Shown: positions 1 to 10,279 of the stretch, in pieces
How positions within the stretch are numbered: position 1 is the first letter of the stretch
Layout of the letters: every line of letters starts with the position of its first letter
DNA from: Minisyncoccota bacterium
GTDB lineage: Bacteria > Patescibacteriota > Minisyncoccia > Phycocordibacterales > UBA6899
DNA length: 64,000 nt
Direction: 5' to 3'
Assembly: GCA_035583355.1 (NCBI GenBank)
Contig: DATEZQ010000012.1
Coordinates: forward strand, 24,683-88,682
Position numbers and translations under genes: made by a program
Notes under the pieces: generated by a model
Told to the model about the DNA's origin: nothing
The model's database searches: none
What the model saw: the letters and a program-made list of their open reading frames with translations, nothing else

Positions 1-36
1 TACGCGTCCCGAGACCACCCGCAAGAATCACAACTT

Positions 37-1146
37 TCATGGGAGCCTCCCGCTCTGATTTTCGAAGGAAAAGTATTCCTCGATCTGCGCAAGCGTGAAC
101 TCGCGCATATTGACGCTGCCATCATAGTACGCCTGGTACCACTTGATGGTTTGCTCTAAAGCACGTTCCACTTTCCACTGCGAAACCCAACCGAGATGAA
201 CGAATGCTTTCGTCACATCGAGTGCGAGACGACTGGTCTCGTGCTTCTCATGGTCGGGGACAACGCGAAGCTCTCCCACACCTGCACAAGCGATGAGTTT
301 CCTCGTCACCTCACCCACAGAGACCCAAGCATCAACGCTCGGACCAAAGTTCCACGGACCTGAGCACTCCACCATTCCCTCTGCAAGTGACTTTCCAAGC
401 TGCAAATAACCGGAGAGAGGTTCAAGCACATGCTCCCAGGGTCGAATCGCATCGGGGTTGCGGAGTGCAACCACCCCATCTCCAGTAAAAATGGCACGAA
501 TAATATCAGGAACAAGACGGTCTTCAGACCAGTCGCCACCCCCGATGACATTCCCCGCACGCGCGATCGCGACAAGCGTCGAATGTTCAATGCCATATTT
601 TTCGGGATTGAAGTAGGAACGCAGATAGGACTGCGTCACGATATCTGCTGCAGCCTTACTCGCACTGTAGGGATCATATCCCCCAAGCGCATCAATCTCT
701 CGATAGGGATGGACCCACTCTCGGTTCTCATACACCTTATCGGTAGTAACGACCACCGCAGAGCGCACCGTCTGAGTCTCTCGAATACTTTCGAGAACGT
801 GCGTCGTGCCCATCACATTTGTCGAGATAGTCAGCAATGGCTCACGATAACTCCTGCGAACCAGGGGTTGCGCCGCGAGATGAAATACGATCTCTGGTTG
901 TGATTCGATCATGACCTCTCGAAGCGCGCCCCTGTCGCGCACATCGACAACGAAGTTGCGCAATGCCGACCGGAGTTCAAATGCGTCAAAGAGATTCGGC
1001 CCACTAGGTGGCGCGAGTGCGACACCAGTGACCTCGGCACCCCAAGAGGAAAGCAGTAGCGCAAGCCAGCCACCCTTAAAACCGGTATGGCCAGTGATGA
1101 GCACCCTCTTACCTCGATAGAACTCTGCGAGCGAATGACGATACAT
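37..1146 (-). CDS. rfbG: CDP-glucose 4,6-dehydratase
   Basis: 369-aa ORF. N-terminal Rossmann motif KRVLITGHTGFKGGWL and extended-SDR catalytic core (TTDKVY ... YDPYSASK), as in CDP-glucose 4,6-dehydratases (RfbG/DdhB). Confidence 0.75.
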   Translation of the reverse strand: MYRHSLAEFYRGKRVLITGHTGFKGGWLALLLSSWGAEVTGVALAPPSGPNLFDAFELRSALRNFVVDVRDRGALREVMIESQPEIVFHLAAQPLVRRSYREPLLTISTNVMGTTHVLESIRETQTVRSAVVVTTDKVYENREWVHPYREIDALGGYDPYSASKAAADIVTQSYLRSYFNPEKYGIEHSTLVAIARAGNVIGGGDWSEDRLVPDIIRAIFTGDGVVALRNPDAIRPWEHVLEPLSGYLQLGKSLAEGMVECSGPWNFGPSVDAWVSVGEVTRKLIACAGVGELRVVPDHEKHETSRLALDVTKAFVHLGWVSQWKVERALEQTIKWYQAYYDGSVNMREFTLAQIEEYFSFENQSGRLP

Positions 1147-1318
1147 GAATACCTCCCTAATGAACAGAACTTATCGAATACTGCATCAAAAGCAGTAGCG
1201 AGTCAATCTAGAAAATATAACCACACATGAGCAACTTTTGTCCCAATCCTTGTGTTTTACAATTAGATAATATGTGGTAGTGTTTGGCCAGTTCTTTCTT
1301 TTACACAAGGAGCAGTAT

Positions 1319-2518
1319 ATGCGCGTCCCCTACGCTTTTTCATTCCACGGCCAAGAAGAGATCGACGCAGTTGTGAATGTCCTCAAGACAGGTACGGCCG
1401 TCGGCAAAGCCACCAAAGCTTTCGAGGCTGATGTGGCCGTTCGTTTCGGCAAAGCTCATGGCATCATGGTGAATTCCGGTTCGTCCGCGAATCTCCTTGC
1501 CATGGAACTCCTCAACCTCCGGCCTGGCGACGAGGTCATCACACCTCTCCTCACCTTCAGTACGGTCGTGGCGCCCATCATCCAGAAGGGCCTTACCCCA
1601 GTATTCGTCGATGTCGAAGAGGGCACCTACGTTGTCGACCCCAAGCGGGTTGAGGCGGCGATTTCGCCCAAGACCAAGGCGCTCATGATCCCCTCGCTGC
1701 TCGGCAACATCCCGAATCTCCGTGAGCTGCGCGACATCGCGCATCTCCATGACCTCGCCCTCATCGAGGATTCCTGCGACACGCTCGGCGGAATGTTCGA
1801 GGGCGAACCGACTGGATCTTACTCGGACATCACCACCACAAGCTTCTACGGCTCCCACATCATCAATGGTGCGGGCGGTGGTGGTATGATCATGGTCCAC
1901 GACAAAAAACTCGCGGAACGCCTCTTGGTGCTCCGTGGCTGGGGCCGCCAATCTTCGCTCTTCGGCGAAGGTATGGAATCCGAGCGCCCCGAGAACCGCT
2001 TTAATGTGGAGCTCGAGGGTATCGCGTACGATCGCAAGTTCGTTTTCTCGGAAATGGGATACAATTTCCTACCGCTCGAGATCTCGGCAGCCTTCGGTCT
2101 CGAACAGCTCAAGCGTCTTCCGGGATTCATGGATACACGCAGAGAGTCCTTCGCTGACCTCCTGGAATTCTTCGGTCAGTACGAACACCTGTTCACGCTA
2201 CCGAAGCAGACCAAGGGCGCAGATGCGATCTGGCTCGCCTTCCCGATCACCATCAAGGAAGGAGCGCCATTCACACGACTCCAGCTCGCGACCTATCTCG
2301 AAGAGTGCGACATCCAGACGAGGCCCATCTTCACGGGCAACATCCTGAAACAGCCAGGCTTCAAGGATATTCCTCACCGCCTCGCCGAATCGGACTACCC
2401 CGTGACGAATCAGATTATGCGTAGTGGCCTCGTGCTTGCCGCGCATCAGGGCCTCACGAAGGAACAACTTTCGTATATGAAAAACTGCATCTCTGAATTC
2501 ATCGCGCGCAAGTCCTAA
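1319..2518 (+). CDS. rfbH: DegT/DnrJ/EryC1/StrS-family enzyme, E1-type CDP-6-deoxy-D-xylo-4-hexulose 3-dehydrase (RfbH/DdhC-like)
   Basis: ATG at 1319 is preceded by AAGGAG; the ORF track begins at 1274. It has the aminotransferase class V fold. The usual PLP-lysine motif SFxxxK is replaced by SFYGSH (His for Lys), the hallmark of E1 dehydrases of 3,6-dideoxyhexose pathways. Confidence 0.65.
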   Translation: MRVPYAFSFHGQEEIDAVVNVLKTGTAVGKATKAFEADVAVRFGKAHGIMVNSGSSANLLAMELLNLRPGDEVITPLLTFSTVVAPIIQKGLTPVFVDVEEGTYVVDPKRVEAAISPKTKALMIPSLLGNIPNLRELRDIAHLHDLALIEDSCDTLGGMFEGEPTGSYSDITTTSFYGSHIINGAGGGGMIMVHDKKLAERLLVLRGWGRQSSLFGEGMESERPENRFNVELEGIAYDRKFVFSEMGYNFLPLEISAAFGLEQLKRLPGFMDTRRESFADLLEFFGQYEHLFTLPKQTKGADAIWLAFPITIKEGAPFTRLQLATYLEECDIQTRPIFTGNILKQPGFKDIPHRLAESDYPVTNQIMRSGLVLAAHQGLTKEQLSYMKNCISEFIARKS

Positions 2519-2645
2519 TTTTTCTTGCAACGCAAAGACCCGCAACACGCGGGTCTTTTTTTACAAAAACGGTAGCCTTGCCATATCGTAATCAAGTGTT
2601 ATTGTGCTAACAGCACAGTACATTCACAGAAACAAGGAGCGCAAT

Positions 2646-3185
2646 ATGCGCATCGAAACGTTGCAAATTCCCAGCATTTTTCTCATCACCCCTCGCCTCC
2701 TGACCGACAATCGAGGAACGTTCGAGAAATCGTTCATCGCGAGTTTATTTAAGTCTCACGGCATGGATACAGAAATCCAGGAAGAATTTGCATCAACCTC
2801 CGAGAGCGGCGTCATCCGCGGAATGCACTTCCAATCGCCACCAATGGCGTGTGCAAAATATGTTTCCGTGACATCAGGAAGCATTCTCGACGTCGTACTC
2901 GACCTAAGGAGATCTGCATCAACGTACGGCACGCATATCACAATCTTGCTCAGTGCAGAAAATCACCAAATGCTTTATATCCCCCAGGGATTTGCTCATG
3001 GCTTTCTCGCCCTTGAAGACAAAACGGTCGTGCGTTATTTGCAGACGAGGGAGTTTTCACCCGACCACGACAAAGGGATTCACTTTGACTCCTTTGGTTG
3101 TGATTGGCAAGTAAGCAACCCCATCTTGTCGAATCGCGACAAGAGCCATCCCCCGCTTTCAGAGTTTGAAACTCCATTCAAGTAA
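2646..3185 (+). CDS. RmlC-like cupin sugar-nucleotide epimerase (dTDP-4-dehydrorhamnose 3,5-epimerase family; possibly CDP-hexulose 5-epimerase)
   Basis: ATG at 2646 is preceded by AAGGAG; the ORF track starts at 2604. It carries an RGMHFQ motif and size/conservation pattern like RmlC (RGLHFQ). Confidence 0.65.
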   Translation: MRIETLQIPSIFLITPRLLTDNRGTFEKSFIASLFKSHGMDTEIQEEFASTSESGVIRGMHFQSPPMACAKYVSVTSGSILDVVLDLRRSASTYGTHITILLSAENHQMLYIPQGFAHGFLALEDKTVVRYLQTREFSPDHDKGIHFDSFGCDWQVSNPILSNRDKSHPPLSEFETPFK

Positions 3186-3199
3186 TTCAGGGAGGTCAC

Positions 3200-4090
3200 A
3201 TGAAAATTCTAGTCACCGGAGCAACGGGTTTCATTGGCAGTAATCTTGTCGAACGATGCATTGAAAATGGCGACGAAATCACTGCACTCATTCGCCCTAC
3301 CACAAATACGACGAAACTCGACACTCGAGTGCGCACGCATAACTTCACGGGCGACATGTACTCAATCGAGGAACTCTTCGCAAAAAATTACTTCAACGGG
3401 GTGATTCACCTCGCGACGCATTTCCTAGCACAACATCGACCACAAGATATTACGCAACTCCTTGAGAGCAACATATCCTTCGGTACGAAGCTCTTGGATG
3501 TCGCCACGCGGCACGAAACGCCTTGGTTCATCAACACGAGTACGTTTGTGCAATACGCAGCAGACGGCACCTACGCCCCCATGAACCTGTATGCGGCGAC
3601 AAAGCAAGCATTTGCGGATATTGTGCGCTACTACGCAGAAACCTCACCGACGACAATCATTGACATCACACTCTTTGACACGTTCGGGAAGGGCGATACC
3701 CGCAGAAAGCTCGCGAATATCCTCCTTGAGGCTGCACAGAAGAAAATGCCACTTGATATGTCTCCGGGCGAACAGATCCTCGACATCAGCCCCATCGAGA
3801 ACATCATCGACGGATTCGAGAGGATGCTTGAGTTACTTTCAAGTCCAGCGCAGACCAATCTTCGAGGAAAGTCATTCGTGCTCTCGTCAGGGGAACAAAT
3901 GACATTGCGTGACTTCGTGGCGCTCTTTGGTCGCATTTGTGGCCACCCCATCGATGCGCGATTTGGCGCCTTGAACTACCGTCCAAGAGAAATCATGCTT
4001 CCACTACAGCATGGACTTATTGTCCCAGGATGGGAGCCACGACTCACCCTTGAGGAAGCACTGACTTCCTTTATCGGTGTGCAGAAATAA
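3200..4090 (+). CDS. NAD-dependent epimerase/dehydratase (SDR); candidate 4-reductase of the CDP-deoxyhexose pathway
   Basis: MKILVTGATGFIGSNLV Rossmann motif, 296 aa, GGAGG RBS. Confidence 0.65.
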   Translation: MKILVTGATGFIGSNLVERCIENGDEITALIRPTTNTTKLDTRVRTHNFTGDMYSIEELFAKNYFNGVIHLATHFLAQHRPQDITQLLESNISFGTKLLDVATRHETPWFINTSTFVQYAADGTYAPMNLYAATKQAFADIVRYYAETSPTTIIDITLFDTFGKGDTRRKLANILLEAAQKKMPLDMSPGEQILDISPIENIIDGFERMLELLSSPAQTNLRGKSFVLSSGEQMTLRDFVALFGRICGHPIDARFGALNYRPREIMLPLQHGLIVPGWEPRLTLEEALTSFIGVQK

Positions 4091-4145
4091 ACCACACATA
4101 CGGCCCTTCACGGGCCGTTTTTCTTATGTTCCTTCATAAGGCAGC

Positions 4146-5186
4146 ATGGGTGCGGAAACCCACACAGAATGCTATAATCGTCTGATGGAATCTCCAGAAT
4201 CTCCAATCCTCACGGTAGTTTTTCCGGTATATAAAGATCATGATTTTCTTAGGAGAGCACTCACCGCACTCAAGCGACAAACGTTTAGATCTTTCAAAGT
4301 GGTCATCATCGACAATGCATCCCCAGTTGGATTCGATGCACTCAGAGAAGAGTTTAAAGCGGAATTTCCCGTTGAAATCACTCGGAACGAAACAAATATT
4401 GGTGCAATGCCGAATATGCTCAAAAGCATCACCTTCCCTGTTGATACAAAATACATACTCTCTCAACATGCCGACGACTTCCTGAAGTCGGATTATCTTG
4501 AACAAGCAATACTACTCCTCGAAAAAAACCCATCCATCTCATGGGTCACAACTGGACCAGAATGGGTTTCGAAAGATATCACATTCACTGAAAAAAGGAT
4601 GGATAGTACTGAGTACATCACCTTCGATGCAGCTGAATTTGCGGAAGCAGTACTGAACTTCACTCCATTCATCTTTGGTGCGGTCATATATCGTAAGGAG
4701 CAGCGAATTTATGACTGGAAATTCAACCTCTACGATGTATTCTGTGATCGCTTCATGCTGGGGACCATTCTTGAACAGTTCAATGCTCATGGAGCTTTTT
4801 TCACAGGAAGGGGGATATTCGAACGTGACCACACACTTGATGTAAGAGACGATCGTGGCTCCACTCTAACCCCTACACATGCAATCAACCTACTTTCTTT
4901 CTATCGAGGCCTCCTCACAAAGAAGTTTCCCCGAAATAAAGTCGACGTTCTCAGTACGAACGCAGCGCTCTACTACCTTAGCACGTTCCCAAGAAGCTTC
5001 TCGCTTCGAGCATTTCTCAAAGAACAAAAGCCTCATCATCTCATAAGCATACATGCAATACGCGGACTCGGCTTATACGCACTTTTCACACGCCTTCTCT
5101 CAAACAGCGCGAAACTAGGATTACTGCGATTCCGAAAGCGTATAAAAAACCTTTTTCACTATAATCGAGTTATAGAAAACACATGA
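4146..5186 (+). CDS. family 2 glycosyltransferase
   Basis: VVFPVYKDHDFLRRALTALKRQTFRSFKVVIIDNASP motif (GT-A fold; DxD region follows). The start may be the ATG at 4185. Confidence 0.6.
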   Translation: MGAETHTECYNRLMESPESPILTVVFPVYKDHDFLRRALTALKRQTFRSFKVVIIDNASPVGFDALREEFKAEFPVEITRNETNIGAMPNMLKSITFPVDTKYILSQHADDFLKSDYLEQAILLLEKNPSISWVTTGPEWVSKDITFTEKRMDSTEYITFDAAEFAEAVLNFTPFIFGAVIYRKEQRIYDWKFNLYDVFCDRFMLGTILEQFNAHGAFFTGRGIFERDHTLDVRDDRGSTLTPTHAINLLSFYRGLLTKKFPRNKVDVLSTNAALYYLSTFPRSFSLRAFLKEQKPHHLISIHAIRGLGLYALFTRLLSNSAKLGLLRFRKRIKNLFHYNRVIENT

Positions 5187-6112
5187 AAGTCATTACACTA
5201 ATCCCAGTCAAAAATGAAGCATGGATCCTACCCTGGACGCTAAAGAATTTTTCTGACTTCTCTGATGTCATCATCATTGCAGACCAGCAATCAACGGATG
5301 CGACTCGAGCAATCTGTGCGCAATTCCCAAAAGTCAAAGTCATTGATAATAACAATCAAGGCCATTCGAACATGGTACGCTGGCTCCTCCTAGATGAGGC
5401 ACGTAAAATTCCAGGAGAAAAACTGATCGTTTTCCTTGATGCAGACGAACCGATTTCACCAAAGGCAATTGAAGCAATGAAAGCAGCATGCACAAGGAAG
5501 CCACTTGCGTTCGTTGCGGACTGGGTACAGCTCATGAACGATGGCACTGTTCATCGTGTTGATGGCGTATGGCGCAAGAGCCTAAAAGCCTTTGCATTCT
5601 ATGATGACGACAAGGTGAAATTTCCACAACAGGTGGTTATTAATGATCATACCGCACGAATCCCTCCAATCACCGACAGTATCTCGATAAGCCTCCCCAT
5701 CCTCCATCTGCACTTCATGGCACTTGAGAGAAATAAGATTAAGCAGGTTTGGTATATGTGTCATGAACTTGCTGCTGGCATACACCCTTATCGTGTGAAC
5801 AACAAGTATGCAATTGCAAAATTTGAAAAGATAGAAACTGAACCAGTTCCTTCGGAATGGCTCGAAGGAGTAACTCTTCCTCCTCATGATGCATTCAATG
5901 CACCAGATATCGAGAGAGAGGAGCGTATTCAAGAACTGTTCAAAGAAAAAGGCATCGCATTCTTTGAACCACTTGATATATGGAATAACATGACACTGCG
6001 AGCACAATTCGAAAAAGAAGTCGGGCGCGCTCCGAATCCCTCGTTGCCACCAAAGTGGCTCGTATCACTCAATGATATGAAAAACTATATCCGATATAAG
6101 CTTCTCAAATAA
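5183..6112 (+). CDS. GT2-like glycosyltransferase
   Basis: VITLIPVKNEAWILPWTL ... IIIADQQSTDAT ... FLDADE (DxD) pattern. The start overlaps the upstream stop (ATGA), indicating translational coupling. Confidence 0.5.
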   Translation: MKVITLIPVKNEAWILPWTLKNFSDFSDVIIIADQQSTDATRAICAQFPKVKVIDNNNQGHSNMVRWLLLDEARKIPGEKLIVFLDADEPISPKAIEAMKAACTRKPLAFVADWVQLMNDGTVHRVDGVWRKSLKAFAFYDDDKVKFPQQVVINDHTARIPPITDSISISLPILHLHFMALERNKIKQVWYMCHELAAGIHPYRVNNKYAIAKFEKIETEPVPSEWLEGVTLPPHDAFNAPDIEREERIQELFKEKGIAFFEPLDIWNNMTLRAQFEKEVGRAPNPSLPPKWLVSLNDMKNYIRYKLLK

Positions 6113-6133
6113 AAGAGGGCTAGTAATACTCAT

Positions 6134-6994
6134 ATGAAAAGAACCATTATCGCCCTTCTTGAGCGCATACTCAACAAAGCAATCCTTGTACTACCCCCAC
6201 AGGTTGTCCGTGGTAACCTTAAAACCGCCGTATACTCAAAACTCGGTTTTTGGTATGTTGGTAATGTATTTAGCGTAGCAGATATCGCATATGGCATTGC
6301 TTACAGCGGTGGATCCGTTGAAGAAAATGGTACGAAGCTCACAATTAACCTGCTTCGCCAGCTCAAACAAAAGAAACAACATCTTGTTTTCTACGATATC
6401 GGCGCAAATACAGGCTACTATGGAATTCTCGCTGCCGCACAAGACCAATCGATACAAGTGCACTCATTTGAACCGCTAGAGGAGCACCTTGAATGCCTTA
6501 CCGAAACTGTAAAACTCAACAACTTCTCTGACCGCATCACAATTCACCCTATTGCTATCGGAGATTCGAAAACGACCGCAGAAATCACGATTGCAGGATC
6601 AGGTTCCAGTCTCGTCAAAGGTTTCAATGGGGACATGAAACTTGCGAAGCGAAATATCACTGTAGAGACTCTTGATGGACTTTCACTTCCCCCTCCTGAT
6701 TTCATAAAGATTGACGTTGAGGGCTTCGAATACCGAGCATTGCTCGGTGGACGAAAGACGATCGCCGCGGCGCACCCTGTGCTTTATATCGAGATTGCAC
6801 ACTCACTCAGCAAGAGAGCGTATATCAATGAAGATTTCCAGAAAATTTTCGACCTACTCGGCGATGAAGGATACACCGCATATCTCCACAAGGGCGAAAA
6901 CCTTGTGAGTATTCCAGAGGTACCCATCGATGGGGCATATATGTACTTATTTATCCACAAAGAGACACCACTCGATCTTCCTTTCGTAAAGTAA
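6134..6994 (+). CDS. FkbM-family methyltransferase
   Basis: FYDIGANTGYYGILAA SAM-binding motif and FEP motif typical of FkbM methyltransferases. Confidence 0.6.
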   Translation: MKRTIIALLERILNKAILVLPPQVVRGNLKTAVYSKLGFWYVGNVFSVADIAYGIAYSGGSVEENGTKLTINLLRQLKQKKQHLVFYDIGANTGYYGILAAAQDQSIQVHSFEPLEEHLECLTETVKLNNFSDRITIHPIAIGDSKTTAEITIAGSGSSLVKGFNGDMKLAKRNITVETLDGLSLPPPDFIKIDVEGFEYRALLGGRKTIAAAHPVLYIEIAHSLSKRAYINEDFQKIFDLLGDEGYTAYLHKGENLVSIPEVPIDGAYMYLFIHKETPLDLPFVK

Positions 6995-7049
6995 TCAGAA
7001 GATAAGAACACCCGTCGAAAATACACATCTTTTAATCAAACTCATATTC

Positions 7050-8162
7050 ATGAAAAATCAAAATTTTTGGTACGGAAAGCGAGTCCTCGTTACTGGGGCA
7101 GACGGATTTGTTGCCGCAAACCTCATAAAGAAGTTACTTGGCCTTGGTGCCGTAGTTGTCGGAACAGTGCGTCATAATCGCCCAATCAAAACACTTGAGT
7201 TGCTCGACGAGGGAGAAGAGAAGAGCTCATCGCCGGATATTGAGTTCAACGATCTGCTCGACTTTGCTGCAACTCGTAGAATTTGTGATAGGCATCAGAT
7301 TGATACAATCTTCCACCTCGCAGCAATTTCAATCGTAAGTAATGCGGCGAATTCTCCCATCTCAACAATCGAGAATAATGTCGAGACTACCTTGAATCTC
7401 CTTGAGGTTGCCCGTACGAACAATATTCCACGTGTGGTTATTGTTTCAACTGACAAAGTGTACGGTGATCATGCAAATGATACCGAGGAAACACTCCCTT
7501 ATCGAGAACACTATGCACTCCGCGGATTGGACGTCTATAGTTCATCTAAAGTTGCAGCAGATATGATTGCACAAACGTACGCATATCAATACAAGCTCCC
7601 AGTGATGATTACACGAGCATGTAATATTTATGGCCCAGGAGACCTCAACTTCACAAGGCTTATACCAAGAACGATAATGCGTCTTATGGAGGGCAAGGCC
7701 CCTGTCATCAATATCGGCAACGAACATGTCCTTCGTGAATATATCTATGTTGATGATGTTGTTGACGCATATCTCTTGCTTGCAGAGAAGACGAATGAGT
7801 ATTATGGACAGAATCTTGAGAATATGCCCTCAAGCGGAGCAAAAACGTACGGATGGTCAGCCTTCAATATCGGCAATTATGACAAGAAGGATCTTGCGGA
7901 AGTCAAGAAGTGTGATCGCATCCAAAGTGTGACCGACATCATTGCACTCTTGGGTGCCCGTATCAAAAAGATAGAACCAGTCATCATTCCTAAGCCAGTG
8001 AATTTCATCGAAATTCCAGATCAATATGCTGATGCAAGCAAGATAAGACAGCTCGGCTTCAGTCCAAAGACGACGATGAGTGATGGAATCGCAAAAACGG
8101 TTGCCTGGTACACAAAGCACCAAGAGCAACTTGCCCCACTTGCAGAAAAATATATGAACTAA
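7050..8162 (+). CDS. NAD-dependent sugar-nucleotide 4,6-dehydratase/epimerase (extended SDR)
   Basis: GKRVLVTGADGFVAANL, STDKVYG, YSSSK motifs; 370 aa. Confidence 0.6.
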   Translation: MKNQNFWYGKRVLVTGADGFVAANLIKKLLGLGAVVVGTVRHNRPIKTLELLDEGEEKSSSPDIEFNDLLDFAATRRICDRHQIDTIFHLAAISIVSNAANSPISTIENNVETTLNLLEVARTNNIPRVVIVSTDKVYGDHANDTEETLPYREHYALRGLDVYSSSKVAADMIAQTYAYQYKLPVMITRACNIYGPGDLNFTRLIPRTIMRLMEGKAPVINIGNEHVLREYIYVDDVVDAYLLLAEKTNEYYGQNLENMPSSGAKTYGWSAFNIGNYDKKDLAEVKKCDRIQSVTDIIALLGARIKKIEPVIIPKPVNFIEIPDQYADASKIRQLGFSPKTTMSDGIAKTVAWYTKHQEQLAPLAEKYMN

Positions 8163-8163
8163 C

Positions 8164-9399
8164 ATGAGTCTTTCTTCCTTCATAAACACACACATGCATC
8201 GCGGAAAAATTTACTGGAACATTCGAGAAGCATATGTGCGTTCTTTCTCATTCATGAAGATGTTAATTGATAAGCCCAGAAAAAATACGAAGAAAAGATT
8301 GCTTTTCTATCATCTTGCTGGACTCGATTTTGGCGGTACCGAAAAATATCTCCAAATACTGGCAAAGCATCTTGATAAGAATAAATATGATGTATATTTT
8401 CTTCATCCCGAGCTCCATGAGGAAGGAGATAAAAGAAAGAGTCGTTTGAACTACATTCGAGATGGTAAGGTAATCGCGATCCCTTTTGCACACGAAAGGG
8501 CAGATGATGTGCCTCCCCACTTCGTTTCTGGTATGAATCCTGAAATTCATGAACTCATCAAAGCATTAAACATCGACATACTCGTAATGGCAGAGGTGGG
8601 TGGCGCGAACTACCCACTCACGACAGTTCGAAATATCCCCATCATCATGATCAATATTTTTGGTGTACCAAATGTGCAAAAAAATATTGTTTACCATATC
8701 TGCATTTCTGAAGAAGTCTCTGCAAAGCTTGAGGGAGTTGTATCAAAAGAAAAACGGGTCGTCTTTCCTGTCCCCTCTGAACCTCCCCTCCCCGAAATGC
8801 TTGCGCGAGGCAAAGCAATTCGAGAGAAATTTGGAATCAAGGATTCCGACTTTGTATTCGGAAGAATAGGTCGCCCATCAGATGGCATCTTTGACCCCAT
8901 CGGGATTAATGCGTTTGAGCTTATCGTGAAGAACCACCCCGAAGCACATTACATCATCATGGCCCCAATGCCTGCATTGAAATCGATTGTGAGCGAACGA
9001 AATATCCCAAATGTACATTACATTGACCCAAGCTACGAAGAAGAAGATATTTGGGGATTCCATGGATCACTCGATGCGCTTGCACACTTCAGATTCGACG
9101 GAGAATCATTCGGACTAAATATCGCAGAGTCAATGATTGCAGGAAATCCAATACTCTCCCACAAGTCGCACATCTGGAATGCACACCTTGAGTATCTCGA
9201 TAGCAATTTTAGTCTAGTAAGCGAGAAAGATGATTTCGCTACATATGCTAAAAATATGGAGTCATTCATTGCAAAGAAGAAAAATAGCGACTTCCAAAAC
9301 ATGCGACGCGCAGCAGAGAAGAAGGGACGTGAACTTTTTCTCATCGATACGACAATGAAGCGATTTGAAGAACTCATCGAGACGGCATTCAATAAATAG
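8164..9399 (+). CDS. group 1 (GT4-like) glycosyltransferase
   Basis: C-terminal FRFDGESFGLNIAESMIAGNPIL motif (E-x7-E-type GT-B donor-binding motif); 411 aa. Confidence 0.5.
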   Translation: MSLSSFINTHMHRGKIYWNIREAYVRSFSFMKMLIDKPRKNTKKRLLFYHLAGLDFGGTEKYLQILAKHLDKNKYDVYFLHPELHEEGDKRKSRLNYIRDGKVIAIPFAHERADDVPPHFVSGMNPEIHELIKALNIDILVMAEVGGANYPLTTVRNIPIIMINIFGVPNVQKNIVYHICISEEVSAKLEGVVSKEKRVVFPVPSEPPLPEMLARGKAIREKFGIKDSDFVFGRIGRPSDGIFDPIGINAFELIVKNHPEAHYIIMAPMPALKSIVSERNIPNVHYIDPSYEEEDIWGFHGSLDALAHFRFDGESFGLNIAESMIAGNPILSHKSHIWNAHLEYLDSNFSLVSEKDDFATYAKNMESFIAKKKNSDFQNMRRAAEKKGRELFLIDTTMKRFEELIETAFNK

Positions 9400-9402
9400 A
9401 TT

Positions 9403-10230
9403 GTGCACAGTCACCCACTTATGAAATTCAGAAAAGCACTCGACAACCCACTCGTTGTATTCTCCTACATCTGGAGACATACCTACCAAAGACTTGTTGC
9501 CGACAAGGATGCAGACATTTATGGAAAAGTACGTTTCTTAAGCGAAACAGAAACTCTTGATGAGCTAATGAACCATAGTCGCTCTATGATTCGTGCAGGA
9601 GATGGGACGTTTGGATATCTCATGGGGGCGAGTATCTATTTCAATAATTGGCACTTTCGCTACAATCGTGCATTTGCGAGAATCCTCCTCTCGTCCCTTA
9701 AAGAAGCTGAGGCTGAGGGTATACTACTTTGCTTTCCCCATGAACAAATAACCCGAAAGAAAGAAGAATACCGATTGGCGAATATTCCCCACGAGTGGTC
9801 CATCTGGATTTCTGCGAAAATTCTTGCGAGGAAACTGCTTCGCGAAGGGTCTACATATGGAAACTCAATGTGCTTTCATCCGAAACACAATAAACACATA
9901 GACTTCCCCAGAATAAAGCACTTCCTTTCGACGCGACATGTCTATATCGTCACTTCTGGTGTTGAACGATTTACCGATATTAAGCTTGGACTAAGCACAA
10001 CCTTCATCGAGGCACCAGCTAATGACGCGTGGAGAGTCTATACACAGCTTGAAGATTCCGTACTTAGAGTAATCAGGACCAACGGCCACCAAAAGAACGA
10101 GGTGCTCATCATGATCTCAGCCGCAGAGGCAGCAAAAGTCATGATCCTTGATCTGCACAGGCAAGGTTATGTGTGCTGGGACACAGGGCAGTTCTTCGAG
10201 CTTGCATGTAAGCAAATAGCGGCACTCTAA
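9403..10230 (+). CDS. putative GT-D (DUF1792-like) glycosyltransferase / hypothetical
   Basis: GTG at 9403 or ATG at 9421. The pattern ETLDEL...RSMIRAGDGTF resembles the R-x-GDGE-F signature I recall for the DUF1792/GT-D family. The gene sits inside the glycan locus. Confidence 0.35.
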   Translation: MHSHPLMKFRKALDNPLVVFSYIWRHTYQRLVADKDADIYGKVRFLSETETLDELMNHSRSMIRAGDGTFGYLMGASIYFNNWHFRYNRAFARILLSSLKEAEAEGILLCFPHEQITRKKEEYRLANIPHEWSIWISAKILARKLLREGSTYGNSMCFHPKHNKHIDFPRIKHFLSTRHVYIVTSGVERFTDIKLGLSTTFIEAPANDAWRVYTQLEDSVLRVIRTNGHQKNEVLIMISAAEAAKVMILDLHRQGYVCWDTGQFFELACKQIAAL

Positions 10231-10244
10231 AGATTCACACTACG

Positions 10245-10275
10245 CAAAAAAACGGCCACCGAGTGGCCGTTTTTG
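10245..10275. terminator. bidirectional intrinsic terminator
   Basis: aaaaaaacggccaccgagtggccgtttttgc between convergent genes. Confidence 0.6.
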
Positions 10276-10279
10276 CTAT

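Noticed and set aside
1340-2548. Antisense ORFs inside the rfbH-like gene (1340-1951, 1846-2130, 1935-2348, 2198-2548).
   Set aside because: The sense frame has strong family-specific motifs. The antisense frames are compositionally atypical.
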